64,000 nt of DNA from positions 2,281 through 66,280 of the IMG/VR virus record IMGVR_UViG_3300010429_000098. One strand, given 5' to 3'. The translations under genes were made by a program, and so were the position numbers. The notes under the pieces are model-generated. The model was not told the origin of the DNA. It worked only from the letters and a program-made list of their open reading frames with translations, and did not search any database. Source of the stretch: a virus (taxonomy: Duplodnaviria; Caudoviricetes). Positions 35,523 through 46,411 of the stretch are shown here, piece after piece; positions within the stretch are counted from its first letter, which is position 1, and each line of letters starts with the position of its first letter.

Positions 35523-36121
35523 AAACACTCAGTACTCCGATTAAACAAATCATACAGGCAAGGTCTGTTGAGATGTTTTTGTTGATAGAGACTAAAGCAG
35601 CGAACGTTACTTCTCTACCATATGATATACTAATGTCTAACGGTATTGATTACGTATCAGGCGGTGCCATTAAGTCCGCAGAACCTCCTAGGCAAACGGC
35701 TGTGGTAGATAGAGAGGCTTATAAGATAAGTTTTATAGACGTCAGTGGTGTATACCGAAGCTTATTTGATAGTGGCATTGTTGGTTCCGATGCCACCGTC
35801 ACAATGGGTTTTATAAATAAAGGAGTCCCGATAGCAGGTAGCGACGGTATCATAGTCCCCCATGATGAACCATTCAGAGATATTAGGGACACTCTAAGAG
35901 TGTACAAAGGCAAAGTGGACACTACTAGTATCGATATAGATGCTGTAGAAGGAACACAGGTCGCTGTAATAGAATGTTCTAGTCCTATGGCTGCGCTTGA
36001 CAGAAGAAACACTTTCGTAACTTCGAAGGAAGCTATGAGAGCTAGATATCCTAATGACTCTGCTTTTGACCGTATTCATGTGGGATCGTCGGAGTCTTCA
36101 TTAAAGTGGGGTAAAATATAA
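35519..36121 (+). CDS. Minor tail (hub/gpL-like) protein
   Basis: Synteny; Y.G.VD......IECSSPMA.LD...SQ-like tail ending WGK. Confidence 0.6.
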   Translation: MKTLSTPIKQIIQARSVEMFLLIETKAANVTSLPYDILMSNGIDYVSGGAIKSAEPPRQTAVVDREAYKISFIDVSGVYRSLFDSGIVGSDATVTMGFINKGVPIAGSDGIIVPHDEPFRDIRDTLRVYKGKVDTTSIDIDAVEGTQVAVIECSSPMAALDRRNTFVTSKEAMRARYPNDSAFDRIHVGSSESSLKWGKI

Positions 36122-39100
36122 TGTTTGCAATATTCCTATATGTAGTACAGGCAGTCATCGCGGTATACTCTATTATAAAACAACAACAATTAGCAAAACA
36201 AGCTAGACAAGCTCAAGACGCCGCTAAGGGTATAGAAGTCCCTTATGAAGCAGAAGTTCGTTCTCTGGTTGTCGCATATGGCAGAGCCATGGTCGGTGGT
36301 GCTAGAGTGTTTCACGGCACAAAAAGTAACTTCGATCACCCGGATACACCTACAGGAGGTACAGGCGCCGGTGGTTATGAGATTGCCTCGGGAACTAGAA
36401 CTGTAGAAGTAGTGGATGAAGTCATCTCTACAGGTGACCCTGTTAATGGACCTACTGTGGAGACGATAACTCGCACCAAGAATGGCACCGGTCTCTTTTG
36501 GACAGTAAACGGTGCAAAGAACGAATTCTTATTTATCCAGCAAGCGATCTGCCATGCAGGCATTGAAGGCGTTGTAGATGTGAAAATGCCTGGAGATAGG
36601 TTTTATGACCATCCGGATTTTGCAATAGGACTCCGTATTAATATATACAATGACGGCGGCGTGGTTGATCCGATGATGGCCTACAACTATCCTGGTAATG
36701 CCAAATTGCTTGACGAGCCGGGTAGCCCGGCTAATCCTAATGGTAGAGCAGATGCTGCATTTAACGGTGTGGCTTATGCCTCAATGGTGTTCAAATACAA
36801 TAGAGACAATCCTCAGTATAATGGAATCCCAGATATCCAATTCCTGCTCAAAGGTCAAAAAGTATATTCGATAGTGGAAACAGCAGGTGTGTATTCTCTT
36901 AGCGCTACTAAGGCATACTCGAATAATCCTGCACTGGTTCTCCTCGACTACTTAATGAGCACCACTTACGGTGTCGGAATGCCTACTAGTGAATTAGACT
37001 TAGGATCATTCTACGATGCAGCGAGGGTATGTGCAACGGTGGTAATGAATGATGCCATTGCCCAGGGCCACATTTGGACACCATCTTCAATGGGTGGGAA
37101 TGTTGTCAAAGTTAGGTTACCACCTAATCAGCCATTCCTGAATGATAACGGTGTTTGGTCGTACGATCAAAAGACGATTGAATTTAATAGATCATACACA
37201 GTAGAATTCACTGAAGGAGGGGTTTACACGTTTACCTCCGCAGCAGATGATTATCACGAGATTTATCTGGATAATGTATTAATCAATACGTCAAACAGTT
37301 GGCAGGTTACCGTAGTAAATACTGTTACGATTACGGCCGGACATAGCGGGGTTGTACGCGTATATGCTAAAGAGATAAAAGGCGGTGCAGCAGTAGCTCT
37401 TACTATTGACAGCGTCACTAAACAGATCTTTAATTTAACGAACCCTATCCCTTCTGTTAAAAGAGCGTTACCACTGTATGAGTGCAATATTGCGTTAAAT
37501 ACCGAAGACTCGCTGCGAGATAATGTAGAAAAGATACTGGAGTCTATGAATGGTGCACAGCTTACGTGGTCAGGTGGTAAGTATAAACTATTACTTCAAT
37601 ATCCTGTAAACACCGCTGCTATTAAAGTATCTGCTTATCTTACGGATGATGATTTAATAAGAGATAAATGCACTATTAAATGGCCGAATGCAAGTGAGCG
37701 TCTAAACTTTTGTACTATTAAATTTGCCAACGAAGGCTTAGAGTTTAAAGATGATAGCATATCGTGGCCTAAGAAATACTTACCAGGACAGCCCGAGTAT
37801 CCGACTAGTGTATATGGTATCTTCATGGCAGAAGATAATGGAGTTCAGCTAGAGGCAGAGTTTTATGACCCTGCGATCAAGGACCCTTACCATGCCAAGG
37901 CTAAGGCAGAAGAGCGTGTAAGACGGAGTCGCGTATCTGCGGTGTACACATTGTCAGTAAGATTCTCTGGACTAGTATTTGAGCCTGGCGATATAATTAA
38001 CATACGTAGTAATGATTTCTATATAGACCCCCCTGGGGCTGTGCCACCTATCAACCCTACTCCTAATAATGGTGAGAATCTTCTTGTACAAGAAGCCTCA
38101 ATGGATGAAGAAGGGCGTATACAAATAACTGCTGTCAGATTTACACCAGAAGTATTCGCATGGAATGTGGCAGACGATGTATATGTGAGACCCCCGAGTA
38201 TTTATTATAGGACACTTAATCCTCCATATAATATTACATACTCTAATTTCAATATTGCGTGGGAGGATGTAGCGACCACTAAAGCTTCTACTTATGAAGT
38301 GATGTATTGGTATGGTGGGACTAACTTGTACCCTGACGGTTCTCCGATTCTAGACGAGGCCGCCTTAGACAGTCCATATCAATTTACCGCTATAATGCAC
38401 AGGTTCTACAGAACGTTGTTCAAGCTAACGCCAGACGTTGTAGTTGTTGGTGCATGGTACAGCAATCCTGCAGTTGATAAAACAAGCCTAGAGACTATTA
38501 TCGCATCATCTATGCTGCTACCACCTGTTGCAGCAAATTATCCGCCTGGAGATTCTAATACTGTATTCATCGAAAAAGTCTATACATCAATGTTTAAGAC
38601 TTTGCCGGATGGCTACGCTACCGATACATGGAATGCTAAACTTGCAGGTGGCTATGCTAGATCGCAGATGATCATTGACCTGCATGGAACTTATACAGAT
38701 ACTAATTTTGTAAAGATCGGTGAAACAAAAAATAAACAATTTGAATATGTAAAGTTCGACAGAGAAGGTATCTATGGCTTTGCTATTGTGGGTAAGTCGG
38801 ATGACGGCGGTAGATCAACTGTAGGATACGGTAGTAGACTCTACACAGCTGATGCTAATGGTAACCTAAATGGATCTAGTATTGCTACGTTATTCATATA
38901 CCAAAGATCAGCTACGTTACCTGTTGTCCCTACTGGTACTTCTTACGACTTCTCTACTCTTACTATTAATGGACTTAATAACGGGTGGCTTGCTACAATA
39001 CCCAATGGTAATGATCCATTATATGTATCTACTTCTACTGCCAGCGTAACTCCGCCAGCTACAATAGACAATACGCTGGCATGGGCTCCCCCTACAATAA

Positions 39101-42100
39101 TGGCCAAGAATGGAGTAGATGCTATCGGTATGAAGGTGATTGACACCAGCTCACCAGTCATTGTTAAGGATGCACCTGACGCTGCTACAGATGGTAATTA
39201 TAGTTTAGTATACGTAGCAGGATATGACATATCCACTGTCCCTCCTACTCTGTATGGGTGGCTTACACTTACCCCAGATAATGGTGTTGAGAGTGTTAGA
39301 TACTTAAATAATGCTACAATCCAACCCTTGCCAGATTCGGATGTTGACAGCTACACGATTAAACTATACGAGACAGATACTAGCACTGTAGTTCTAGACA
39401 CTGAGATTATACAGGTAGTATACCAAGGGTACAGTGGGGACTCTAGTCTATCAGTCTCGTTATCTAACGAAGCTCATTCAATACCAGATAATGGAACTTC
39501 AATAGATTATTCACGTTCAGGTACATGGATGTGGGTGTATGAGGGTACTGTAGCCTTACAGTATGACGCCACGGGCATGGCTGATGGGTCTTGGAGAATA
39601 GAGCCAAATGGCACATACGCAGGAACAGGTAGTGATATCACGCCTTCATTGTATAGTGCCATCTTCGATGGTGGATCATATGCCACGATTGGTGAGCATA
39701 GTGCTATAACAAATAACACCGCACAAGTGGTGTATCACGTCAGGGGTAAAAATAGCGTCGGTATAGCCTTTGATCTTTACAAGAATCAAACATTCAGTAA
39801 GGTAAATAACGGTGCTGACAGTGTAATTAGATTTATCAACTCAGCAACTCCGGTGATTACTAAACTAGCTCCTGACAGTGCTACTGATGGGGATTATAGT
39901 ACCGTAAATGCATCTGGTGTAGAAGCAAGAGGTGCTGTGGAGACTGTGTATGGTTTCTTAACCACACAAGATGATAATGGCATTGAGAGTACCCCGAGAG
40001 TAGCTTCTCCCATATCTTATACGCCTGCATCTACTTCTAAGGCAAAAAGTGTAACGTTAAGGTTATATGATGCGTTGACCGGTGGTAATTTAATAGATAC
40101 ATTCGTACTTAATGTAACCTATAATGGGGCTGCAGGGGAGCCTGCTATTAGCGGGTTGTTGACAAACGATACACATACCTTCCCGGCCAATTCCTCAGGC
40201 GCTATTACATCTTATGACAATTCTGGTACAGATATTTATGTCTATGAAGGGGCTGTCAGGCTTACATATGATGGTCTTGGTAATTCACCAGGTAAATGGA
40301 AGTTAGTGCCGGTTGGTACTTATGTAGGTAACTATGTGGACATCCTACCCTCATTGTTCGCTGACGTAATTGACAATACTTCATATATAACGATTGCCAA
40401 GCATCAAGATATGAATGCGGCAGACACTGGTAAAATATCCTATGAATTAATAGGCCAGTCGTCTACTGGTAAACCGTTTAGTATAGTAAAAGAACAAACA
40501 TTTAGTAAAGCTAAAGATGGCTCAGCTTTGGCTACAGTGTACTACATTGATGTTACCACTCCAGTAATTTCAAAGCTTTCTCCAGATGCAGCCACGGATG
40601 GCGTATACTCGCAAGTTACGGCATATGGTAGATCTAATGGCGCTGGTGTTATAGCTCCATATGGTTATTTAACTGTTACGCCTAATAACGGAGTTGAAAG
40701 CGCTAGAGTTCTGAACACTATTACGCTTGCTCCGGCTACGAGTGATGATGCTAGCTCTTATACTATTAAGCTATATGCCGATGCTGATATGTCTAATACC
40801 ACGGTATTAGATACATTTGTTATACAAGTTGTATTCAGAGGAACTGCCGGTCTTGATGGCTTGACTATGGCGCTTAGTAATGATTCACACTCTATTACTA
40901 CTGACGCCGCTGGTGTTGGTATATATGGTGGATCTGGTACTACTATTTATGTATACGACGGTGTTACACAATTAGCGTATAGCGAAACATTAGCTGCTAA
41001 TGGTACATGGAGACTTGATGGTACAGGTGCTGCTCCAATTAAAGCCGGTGTAGGCTTAGGCATTACATCAGCTAATAAACCTGTAGGTTCTGGCAATACT
41101 ACTGTAGTTGGAGATCATTCAGCTATGACTGCTGATACGGCTAGTGTGACTTATACCGTAAGTGGTAAGTCTGCTAATGGTACAGCTTTCACAATGACTA
41201 AAGCACAGACTTTTAGTAGGGCTAAGCAGGGTGACAAAGGAGATAAAGGCGATACCGGTAATGCTGGTAGTAACGGTAGTGCTGGTGCTACTGGCCCACG
41301 CAGTATTTCTTTATATATCTACTACAAAAATACTAGAAGTACTGCGCCTACGAGGCTTGATGCCGCTGAGTATAGCTATGACTTCTCTACTAATGTACTT
41401 ACACTTACTGCAGCAGGCCAAGCAAACTGGTCTACTACGTTTATTCCTGCTGCGCTTGGTGCAACAACAGCTTCAAATAAATACTGGGCATTTTCTGTTA
41501 TATTTACAGAGGACACGTATGGTGGGACCATTACTGAAGTTCCCTCTGTTGTATTTGAGTGGCAGAACTTCAATGGGCTTGCGACATTTACAAACCTTTC
41601 GACTCCTTTAGCTTCTGATGGTACTAATACGACATTTATAAATGGTGGCGCAATTGTTGCTGATAGCGTAAAAGTAAATACAATAACAAGTGGTGAGCAA
41701 ACCTCAAATTATAATGGCGGCAAATTCTCGATAGGTCTATCAAAGACATACGGGAATAGCGCATTAACAGCTGTTGGTAGATTTATAAGGACAACTAACG
41801 AAGGTATTTCGTTACTTGGTATTCAGAATAATACTACTTCAGCTGCTGGAGCTATCACTGGCCTGACAAGAGGCGCTAATGGGTGGGGCGTAAGTGGTTA
41901 CTATTCAGATAATGCTACTGCCGCAACACCTGATGATCAAATATATAATTCCTTTACTGGCGGCGGGTTCCTTGGCGGTAAGCTCAGTATGGTATACGCT
42001 GTCGTACCTTGGTCAAATGCTGATATCACCGGAAATTCAAAATATCAAGCAGCTCTTGGCTCAATAGATGCTGCATGTGCTGCGTATGCTAACTATCGTG

Positions 42101-42852
42101 TAGTTTCTGGCACATATAATCTTGCTAGATATCAGGCTATTTTTGGAACCAGTGGATATGGCGGCTCTTGTGGATATTTGACTACACCATCCGATGGTAG
42201 TGCCCAGACATTTTTGAAAAGAATAACACTGGCTAATGTATCCTATGCTGCTCAGGCTATAGCTGGACAAGGCAAAATATATGCTGCAGATGGAAATGGT
42301 CCATTTACGGGCTTTCACCAAGGTGTGATATTTAATACAGACCTTGTCGGGCTTGTTTTGGGTGATGTACTGGTTGATGTACAAATCGTCAAGAAGCTAG
42401 ATATCTCCAACACACTCTCGCGTGTTAATGCAAGCGCTACGTCCAGAGACCCAACAGTTATAGGTGTACTAAGCGAAATACATGCGATACCTCCTGCTGA
42501 GTTTTTTGATGAGGGGGATACATTAATTGCGGGGAGATATGCAGACGGCCTGAATAGTACAGATAGTGCACCTGCTACTTTAATTAAAGGCAAGAAAGCG
42601 CAATTTAGCCTTCCTAGTGGAATGTCTGTAGTAAGCATCAATTCATTGGGAGAAGGTATGATAAATGTATGTGGTAAGAACGGTGACATTTCTATAGGTG
42701 ATTTGCTTACAGCTAGTCCTATAAGAGGAAAGGCGATGCGACAGACTGGTAGTGGCATTCGTAATTTTACAATAGGTAAGGCAAGGGAGTCGGTTATGTT
42801 TACCTCGCCAAATGAAGTTAAACAAATAGCCTGCATATACATGTGCGGATAA
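36121..42852 (+). CDS. Tail tip / central fibre (gpJ-like host specificity protein), 2243 aa
   Basis: V.YGRAMVGG, GVAY, YS.NPAL.LLDYL...YG.G; PA14-like insert (YTFTSAADD..EIYLD); three ~235-aa repeats; collagen-like GxY stretch; chaperone-like C-terminus (NSLGEG.INVCG..GDI.IGDLL). Confidence 0.88.
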   Translation: MFAIFLYVVQAVIAVYSIIKQQQLAKQARQAQDAAKGIEVPYEAEVRSLVVAYGRAMVGGARVFHGTKSNFDHPDTPTGGTGAGGYEIASGTRTVEVVDEVISTGDPVNGPTVETITRTKNGTGLFWTVNGAKNEFLFIQQAICHAGIEGVVDVKMPGDRFYDHPDFAIGLRINIYNDGGVVDPMMAYNYPGNAKLLDEPGSPANPNGRADAAFNGVAYASMVFKYNRDNPQYNGIPDIQFLLKGQKVYSIVETAGVYSLSATKAYSNNPALVLLDYLMSTTYGVGMPTSELDLGSFYDAARVCATVVMNDAIAQGHIWTPSSMGGNVVKVRLPPNQPFLNDNGVWSYDQKTIEFNRSYTVEFTEGGVYTFTSAADDYHEIYLDNVLINTSNSWQVTVVNTVTITAGHSGVVRVYAKEIKGGAAVALTIDSVTKQIFNLTNPIPSVKRALPLYECNIALNTEDSLRDNVEKILESMNGAQLTWSGGKYKLLLQYPVNTAAIKVSAYLTDDDLIRDKCTIKWPNASERLNFCTIKFANEGLEFKDDSISWPKKYLPGQPEYPTSVYGIFMAEDNGVQLEAEFYDPAIKDPYHAKAKAEERVRRSRVSAVYTLSVRFSGLVFEPGDIINIRSNDFYIDPPGAVPPINPTPNNGENLLVQEASMDEEGRIQITAVRFTPEVFAWNVADDVYVRPPSIYYRTLNPPYNITYSNFNIAWEDVATTKASTYEVMYWYGGTNLYPDGSPILDEAALDSPYQFTAIMHRFYRTLFKLTPDVVVVGAWYSNPAVDKTSLETIIASSMLLPPVAANYPPGDSNTVFIEKVYTSMFKTLPDGYATDTWNAKLAGGYARSQMIIDLHGTYTDTNFVKIGETKNKQFEYVKFDREGIYGFAIVGKSDDGGRSTVGYGSRLYTADANGNLNGSSIATLFIYQRSATLPVVPTGTSYDFSTLTINGLNNGWLATIPNGNDPLYVSTSTASVTPPATIDNTLAWAPPTIMAKNGVDAIGMKVIDTSSPVIVKDAPDAATDGNYSLVYVAGYDISTVPPTLYGWLTLTPDNGVESVRYLNNATIQPLPDSDVDSYTIKLYETDTSTVVLDTEIIQVVYQGYSGDSSLSVSLSNEAHSIPDNGTSIDYSRSGTWMWVYEGTVALQYDATGMADGSWRIEPNGTYAGTGSDITPSLYSAIFDGGSYATIGEHSAITNNTAQVVYHVRGKNSVGIAFDLYKNQTFSKVNNGADSVIRFINSATPVITKLAPDSATDGDYSTVNASGVEARGAVETVYGFLTTQDDNGIESTPRVASPISYTPASTSKAKSVTLRLYDALTGGNLIDTFVLNVTYNGAAGEPAISGLLTNDTHTFPANSSGAITSYDNSGTDIYVYEGAVRLTYDGLGNSPGKWKLVPVGTYVGNYVDILPSLFADVIDNTSYITIAKHQDMNAADTGKISYELIGQSSTGKPFSIVKEQTFSKAKDGSALATVYYIDVTTPVISKLSPDAATDGVYSQVTAYGRSNGAGVIAPYGYLTVTPNNGVESARVLNTITLAPATSDDASSYTIKLYADADMSNTTVLDTFVIQVVFRGTAGLDGLTMALSNDSHSITTDAAGVGIYGGSGTTIYVYDGVTQLAYSETLAANGTWRLDGTGAAPIKAGVGLGITSANKPVGSGNTTVVGDHSAMTADTASVTYTVSGKSANGTAFTMTKAQTFSRAKQGDKGDKGDTGNAGSNGSAGATGPRSISLYIYYKNTRSTAPTRLDAAEYSYDFSTNVLTLTAAGQANWSTTFIPAALGATTASNKYWAFSVIFTEDTYGGTITEVPSVVFEWQNFNGLATFTNLSTPLASDGTNTTFINGGAIVADSVKVNTITSGEQTSNYNGGKFSIGLSKTYGNSALTAVGRFIRTTNEGISLLGIQNNTTSAAGAITGLTRGANGWGVSGYYSDNATAATPDDQIYNSFTGGGFLGGKLSMVYAVVPWSNADITGNSKYQAALGSIDAACAAYANYRVVSGTYNLARYQAIFGTSGYGGSCGYLTTPSDGSAQTFLKRITLANVSYAAQAIAGQGKIYAADGNGPFTGFHQGVIFNTDLVGLVLGDVLVDVQIVKKLDISNTLSRVNASATSRDPTVIGVLSEIHAIPPAEFFDEGDTLIAGRYADGLNSTDSAPATLIKGKKAQFSLPSGMSVVSINSLGEGMINVCGKNGDISIGDLLTASPIRGKAMRQTGSGIRNFTIGKARESVMFTSPNEVKQIACIYMCG
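39130..41226 (+). repeat. Three tandem ~232-237-aa repeats in the tail tip protein
   Basis: PVI.K.APD.ATDG.YS at about 39150, 39850 and 40560; each followed by YG.LT....NG.ES.R, LSN..H, SGT.I.VY.G and Q.FSK. Confidence 0.85.
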
Positions 42853-42877
42853 TTCAGCTTATAAGCTGCAAGAAAGG

Positions 42878-42909
42878 AAACCCCTCATAGTAACATATGG
42901 GGGGTTTTT
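42878..42909 (+). terminator. Intrinsic terminator ending the structural operon
   Basis: AAACCCCTCATA-gtaaca-TATGGGGGGTTT-TT. Confidence 0.8.
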
Positions 42910-42912
42910 ATC

Positions 42913-42941
42913 GCGGGAAAATTGCCATCTTATATGAAGAA
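42913..42941 (+). promoter_or_regulatory. Candidate phage-RNAP promoter copy 1 (GCGG-N8-CCATCTTATA-TGAAGAA)
   Basis: Immediately after the terminator and at the head of the accessory operon; repeated at 48636 and 50692. Confidence 0.6.
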
Positions 42942-42987
42942 AGAAACAAAGCAATAATGCGATGTACTCTTCATAAAGGAAAGTGTT

Positions 42988-43398
42988 ATGAACACGGATA
43001 AAGATCGTATCAACTTGAATATGTCTATCATGGACATCGTACTGGCTCTGAGTGAAGGCAATCCCGGCGCACTCACTGTCTGTTTGGAAGGCACACAGAA
43101 ATATCCTTCTTATGATCCTGATTCAGCGCTTGCAGGACTTACACCCCTTCTTAGCCTGGACACGAATCGCGTGTACGGGCCGAACATTTGGGTCCTATAT
43201 AAAGACATTTGCGGAGAATCGTATCTGCGAATGTTCGCACTCTTTCGGGCAACTCAGCTTGGACTGATCAATTGCAATGTGATCAAGAATGCAATTGCAG
43301 CTACCAATCGTTACGAGCGGCACGGTCTTGATCTGGACAAAATCGTAGCTGACGTTAAGAACAGACTCCCGCGTTTTGGAGTAGACCTCGATGAATGA
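42988..43398 (+). CDS. Hypothetical protein
   Basis: 136 aa with RBS AAGGA; LSEGNPGA..V...YG..IW.LYKD.C motif. Confidence 0.7.
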   Translation: MNTDKDRINLNMSIMDIVLALSEGNPGALTVCLEGTQKYPSYDPDSALAGLTPLLSLDTNRVYGPNIWVLYKDICGESYLRMFALFRATQLGLINCNVIKNAIAATNRYERHGLDLDKIVADVKNRLPRFGVDLDE

Positions 43399-43594
43399 AC
43401 GCCTTGACAAAGGTGACTATTTAAACTCGTTGATGAAAGGCAGGATTTACGACCCTCGCCTTTTAGACGCCTGCTTTACGTATTGGCATAGTGGAATTCC
43501 CTTGGAAAAGGCACGAGAGTACCTGAATACCTTGGAGAATAAGCTAGCCGATAAAGCCGCTCGAAAAACAAAGTTAACATTTAGGATTCGATGA
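43391..43594 (+). CDS. Hypothetical protein
   Basis: 67 aa, overlapping start/stop coupling. Confidence 0.6.
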   Translation: MNERLDKGDYLNSLMKGRIYDPRLLDACFTYWHSGIPLEKAREYLNTLENKLADKAARKTKLTFRIR

Positions 43595-43803
43595 TGTTTG
43601 GATTAGTAATTACATTTGTAACAGTCTTGTCGCTTTCACTATCTAGTTTAACAGTTAGTGGCGATAATGCTCAAAAGGCTATAATCGCTTGCACAGATAA
43701 AGGCGGTCTCAAAGAGCTTTCTAGTTTCAGTTTTGCTGGAAGTGCTGCGGATGTCAGTGCTGTTTGCAAAAATGGTGTAACGCTTAAATGGATAGCCAGA
43801 TAA
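43591..43803 (+). CDS. Small membrane-anchored/secreted protein
   Basis: Hydrophobic N-terminus, AIIAC..KGG...AVCKNG two-Cys motif. Confidence 0.6.
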   Translation: MMFGLVITFVTVLSLSLSSLTVSGDNAQKAIIACTDKGGLKELSSFSFAGSAADVSAVCKNGVTLKWIAR

Positions 43804-44798
43804 TGCTCACAGCAAAAACACCTGAAGAACTTTATGAATATGGTGATGAGAAAGCATTGACCAAACAATTCAGAGTTCTAGCATCTATTCACCATCCAGA
43901 TAAGGGTGGGGATGCAATAGATTTCGCCTTAGTGAAGCAGCTGTATAACGAAGCTCTGGTAAAAATACAGAGTGGATATCCATGGGAAAGTCCTACAAGT
44001 GTCACATGGCAAGGGAGTATTGCGAAAATGCGCCTTAGCTATCGTCTCAAACGAAAGTTTGAACTTGGCACAGAGTTCGTCGGTGAATCTCGCATTCTGT
44101 ATTCCATGGATGACGGCAACGCAGATATGATCGAGAACGCAGTGCGTATGCTTAAATTGTCTCATCAAAACCTGGGACCAAATGACAAGCTGAAAAGGAT
44201 CAATGATAAATTGATTCCAGGCATTGCAGATTGTACTGCTTCAGCTAAACATCCTACTTTACTTATAGGTAAGAAAGTAGAAGAAATACCGTTGAAAGCG
44301 GTATTTGATACTCGCGGAGCCATTCCGGAAGTTCATATCATGTGGATGATTGGACGGATGATGCACCTCCTCTGCTACCTAGAATGGGCCGGTATCGTAC
44401 ATGGAAACATTACTCCAGCGTCATTCTACGTTAACCTTGAATACCATTCACTTCACCTTTATGGTGGGTGGTGGTATAGCGCTCTGAAAGGAGAAAAGTT
44501 CAAGGCACTGCCAGCACGTACACTTCGCTATGTGTCTGCTCCATACAAGGCTGAAACACGCCTGGACTGGGAACTTGCACGACAAACTGTCGTAGAGCTT
44601 CTTGGTCATCGGTCACCAGTAGAGTTGAAAATGCGGAAGGATCTGAATCCAGGCATAGTCAATTTTCTAGTGAGCCCTTGGTCTGCAAAATCTGCTACAG
44701 ATTTGTATGGTCAATGGGAGCATGTGAGAGATTCCTTCGGTCCACGAAAGTTTGTTAAATTCGCCATAGACGGAAAGTTGGTTTTAAATGACGAATAA
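43803..44798 (+). CDS. J-domain (DnaJ-like) fused to a protein-kinase-like fold
   Basis: FR.LA..HHPDKGG J motif; C-lobe-like LCYLEWAGIVHGNITP.S..V...L.L.GGW; the expected catalytic Asp is Asn. Confidence 0.7.
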   Translation: MLTAKTPEELYEYGDEKALTKQFRVLASIHHPDKGGDAIDFALVKQLYNEALVKIQSGYPWESPTSVTWQGSIAKMRLSYRLKRKFELGTEFVGESRILYSMDDGNADMIENAVRMLKLSHQNLGPNDKLKRINDKLIPGIADCTASAKHPTLLIGKKVEEIPLKAVFDTRGAIPEVHIMWMIGRMMHLLCYLEWAGIVHGNITPASFYVNLEYHSLHLYGGWWYSALKGEKFKALPARTLRYVSAPYKAETRLDWELARQTVVELLGHRSPVELKMRKDLNPGIVNFLVSPWSAKSATDLYGQWEHVRDSFGPRKFVKFAIDGKLVLNDE

Positions 44799-45339
44799 TA
44801 GCATGCAATCATATTTTAATAAATGGTTTCATTACAGTAGTGGCTGGCTAATTTGGAAAAAATCACCCGGAGGTACAACAAAGAAAGGAAATCGCGCTGG
44901 ATCAGACACATCAGCGGGGTATCGTAAAATTAGATTGCACGATACTCAGTATATGGAACATCGTATAATTTGGATTATGCACTACGGTGATATTCCTGAA
45001 GGGCTTGTAATCGATCATATTAATCGGATAAGAAATGATAATGTGATTGAAAATCTAAGAATTGTTACGCAGATGGTTAATATGAATAATTCAGTAATAA
45101 CTGAAGAGTCTACTAGTCGATACTCGTGTGTTTCATTCGTAGAAAAAGGAACTAGTTGGCACGCTTGCATACGTCGTAATAAAATAACTGTCGAATTAGG
45201 ATATTACGAAGATGAAAAGGATGCTGCTAGAGCTGTTAATATATTCTGCAGAGATAACGACATTGAAAAATTCAATGATGTTCCAGAACCGTTTAAGGAG
45301 CCTATAAGAAAGGAGCGCAAATACCCATTAATTAAATAA
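44788..45339 (+). CDS. Free-standing HNH homing endonuclease
   Basis: EHRIIWIMHYGDIPEGLVIDHINRIRNDNVIENLR plus AP2-like half; close paralog of 62488-63192. Confidence 0.85.
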   Translation: MTNNSMQSYFNKWFHYSSGWLIWKKSPGGTTKKGNRAGSDTSAGYRKIRLHDTQYMEHRIIWIMHYGDIPEGLVIDHINRIRNDNVIENLRIVTQMVNMNNSVITEESTSRYSCVSFVEKGTSWHACIRRNKITVELGYYEDEKDAARAVNIFCRDNDIEKFNDVPEPFKEPIRKERKYPLIK

Positions 45340-45419
45340 GTAAATATATCAAGTTTATGAATTTAAGGCAATTTCGCCATTAGTATTGAATGACGACATG
45401 GTCGTCTAAGGAGATTGAA

Positions 45420-46358
45420 ATGGGTGGTACAAGTTACAGTGCATACAGTCCAACACGTTCGGACTGGAATACACGGTCTATTCGAGATGCAAACAAGACT
45501 GTTGATGCTCTTTATACGGCGAAGACAGTTGACAAAGGTAATGATGCAAAGAACATTGTTGTCCGTGAAGCACGCGACAGCGATGTCAACCCGATCACTG
45601 TGCCAATCTTCATTGGTGTTGATGGCACAGGGTCCATGGGTTCTCTGTCAGGCGTTGTTGCCAAGAAAGTTGGGTTGGTATTCCAAGAGTTGATCGACAA
45701 AGCTGTTGTGCCTGGCCCTCAGGTGTCTGTGGCGTTGTATCGTGATGTACTCATGGATTACTACGCACAATATCAATGGACTCAATTCGAGAGTGATCCT
45801 GTTACTCTCATGGGTCAAGTTGAAAAGTTCTATGCCGTTGGAACGGGTGGTGGTGGAAATAGCTCAGAGTCGAATGGCCTCGTGTGGTATTCTGCATTGA
45901 CGAAAGTCGTCGCAGATCATATGGTCAAACGTGGTAAGAAAGGCTACTTGTTCACAATTGGCGATGAGGAAGTTCCACCGAATCTCAATGAAATGGACCT
46001 TCGGGTCGTATTCAGTGACGGTCCACAAGTGGTTCCAACAAATGAAGAAATGATCAAGGCCTTGCAAAAGGATTGGCATGTCTTTCATATCATGGTTGCG
46101 CAAGGAAGCCATATGCGTAGCTATCGAGATCGGGTAATTCGTTCGTGGACGAAGCTTCTTGGTCAGAACGCATTGTTGTTGGAGCACACGGACTCGATGT
46201 TGGAAGTCATCGTGTCTACCATCCGAATTCTTGAAGGAGAATCGGTGGACGCTGTAGTGGCAAGCTGGAGTGGTGATACTGCATTGGCTGTGCAAACGGC
46301 TACGAAGAATCTTGTGCCAGGCAAGTCCTCTTCATCGAGCGCAGTCGTAAGGCTGTAA
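45420..46358 (+). CDS. von Willebrand factor A (vWA) domain protein
   Basis: MIDAS-like IFIGVDGTGSM, QFESD, GGGGNSSES, YLFTIGDE; ATG 45420 has RBS AAGGAG. Confidence 0.8.
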   Translation: MGGTSYSAYSPTRSDWNTRSIRDANKTVDALYTAKTVDKGNDAKNIVVREARDSDVNPITVPIFIGVDGTGSMGSLSGVVAKKVGLVFQELIDKAVVPGPQVSVALYRDVLMDYYAQYQWTQFESDPVTLMGQVEKFYAVGTGGGGNSSESNGLVWYSALTKVVADHMVKRGKKGYLFTIGDEEVPPNLNEMDLRVVFSDGPQVVPTNEEMIKALQKDWHVFHIMVAQGSHMRSYRDRVIRSWTKLLGQNALLLEHTDSMLEVIVSTIRILEGESVDAVVASWSGDTALAVQTATKNLVPGKSSSSSAVVRL

Positions 46359-46411
46359 TATAAACGGGCCATCCTGAATAAATATATGGATGGCCCATTT
46401 TTAAGGAGTGT

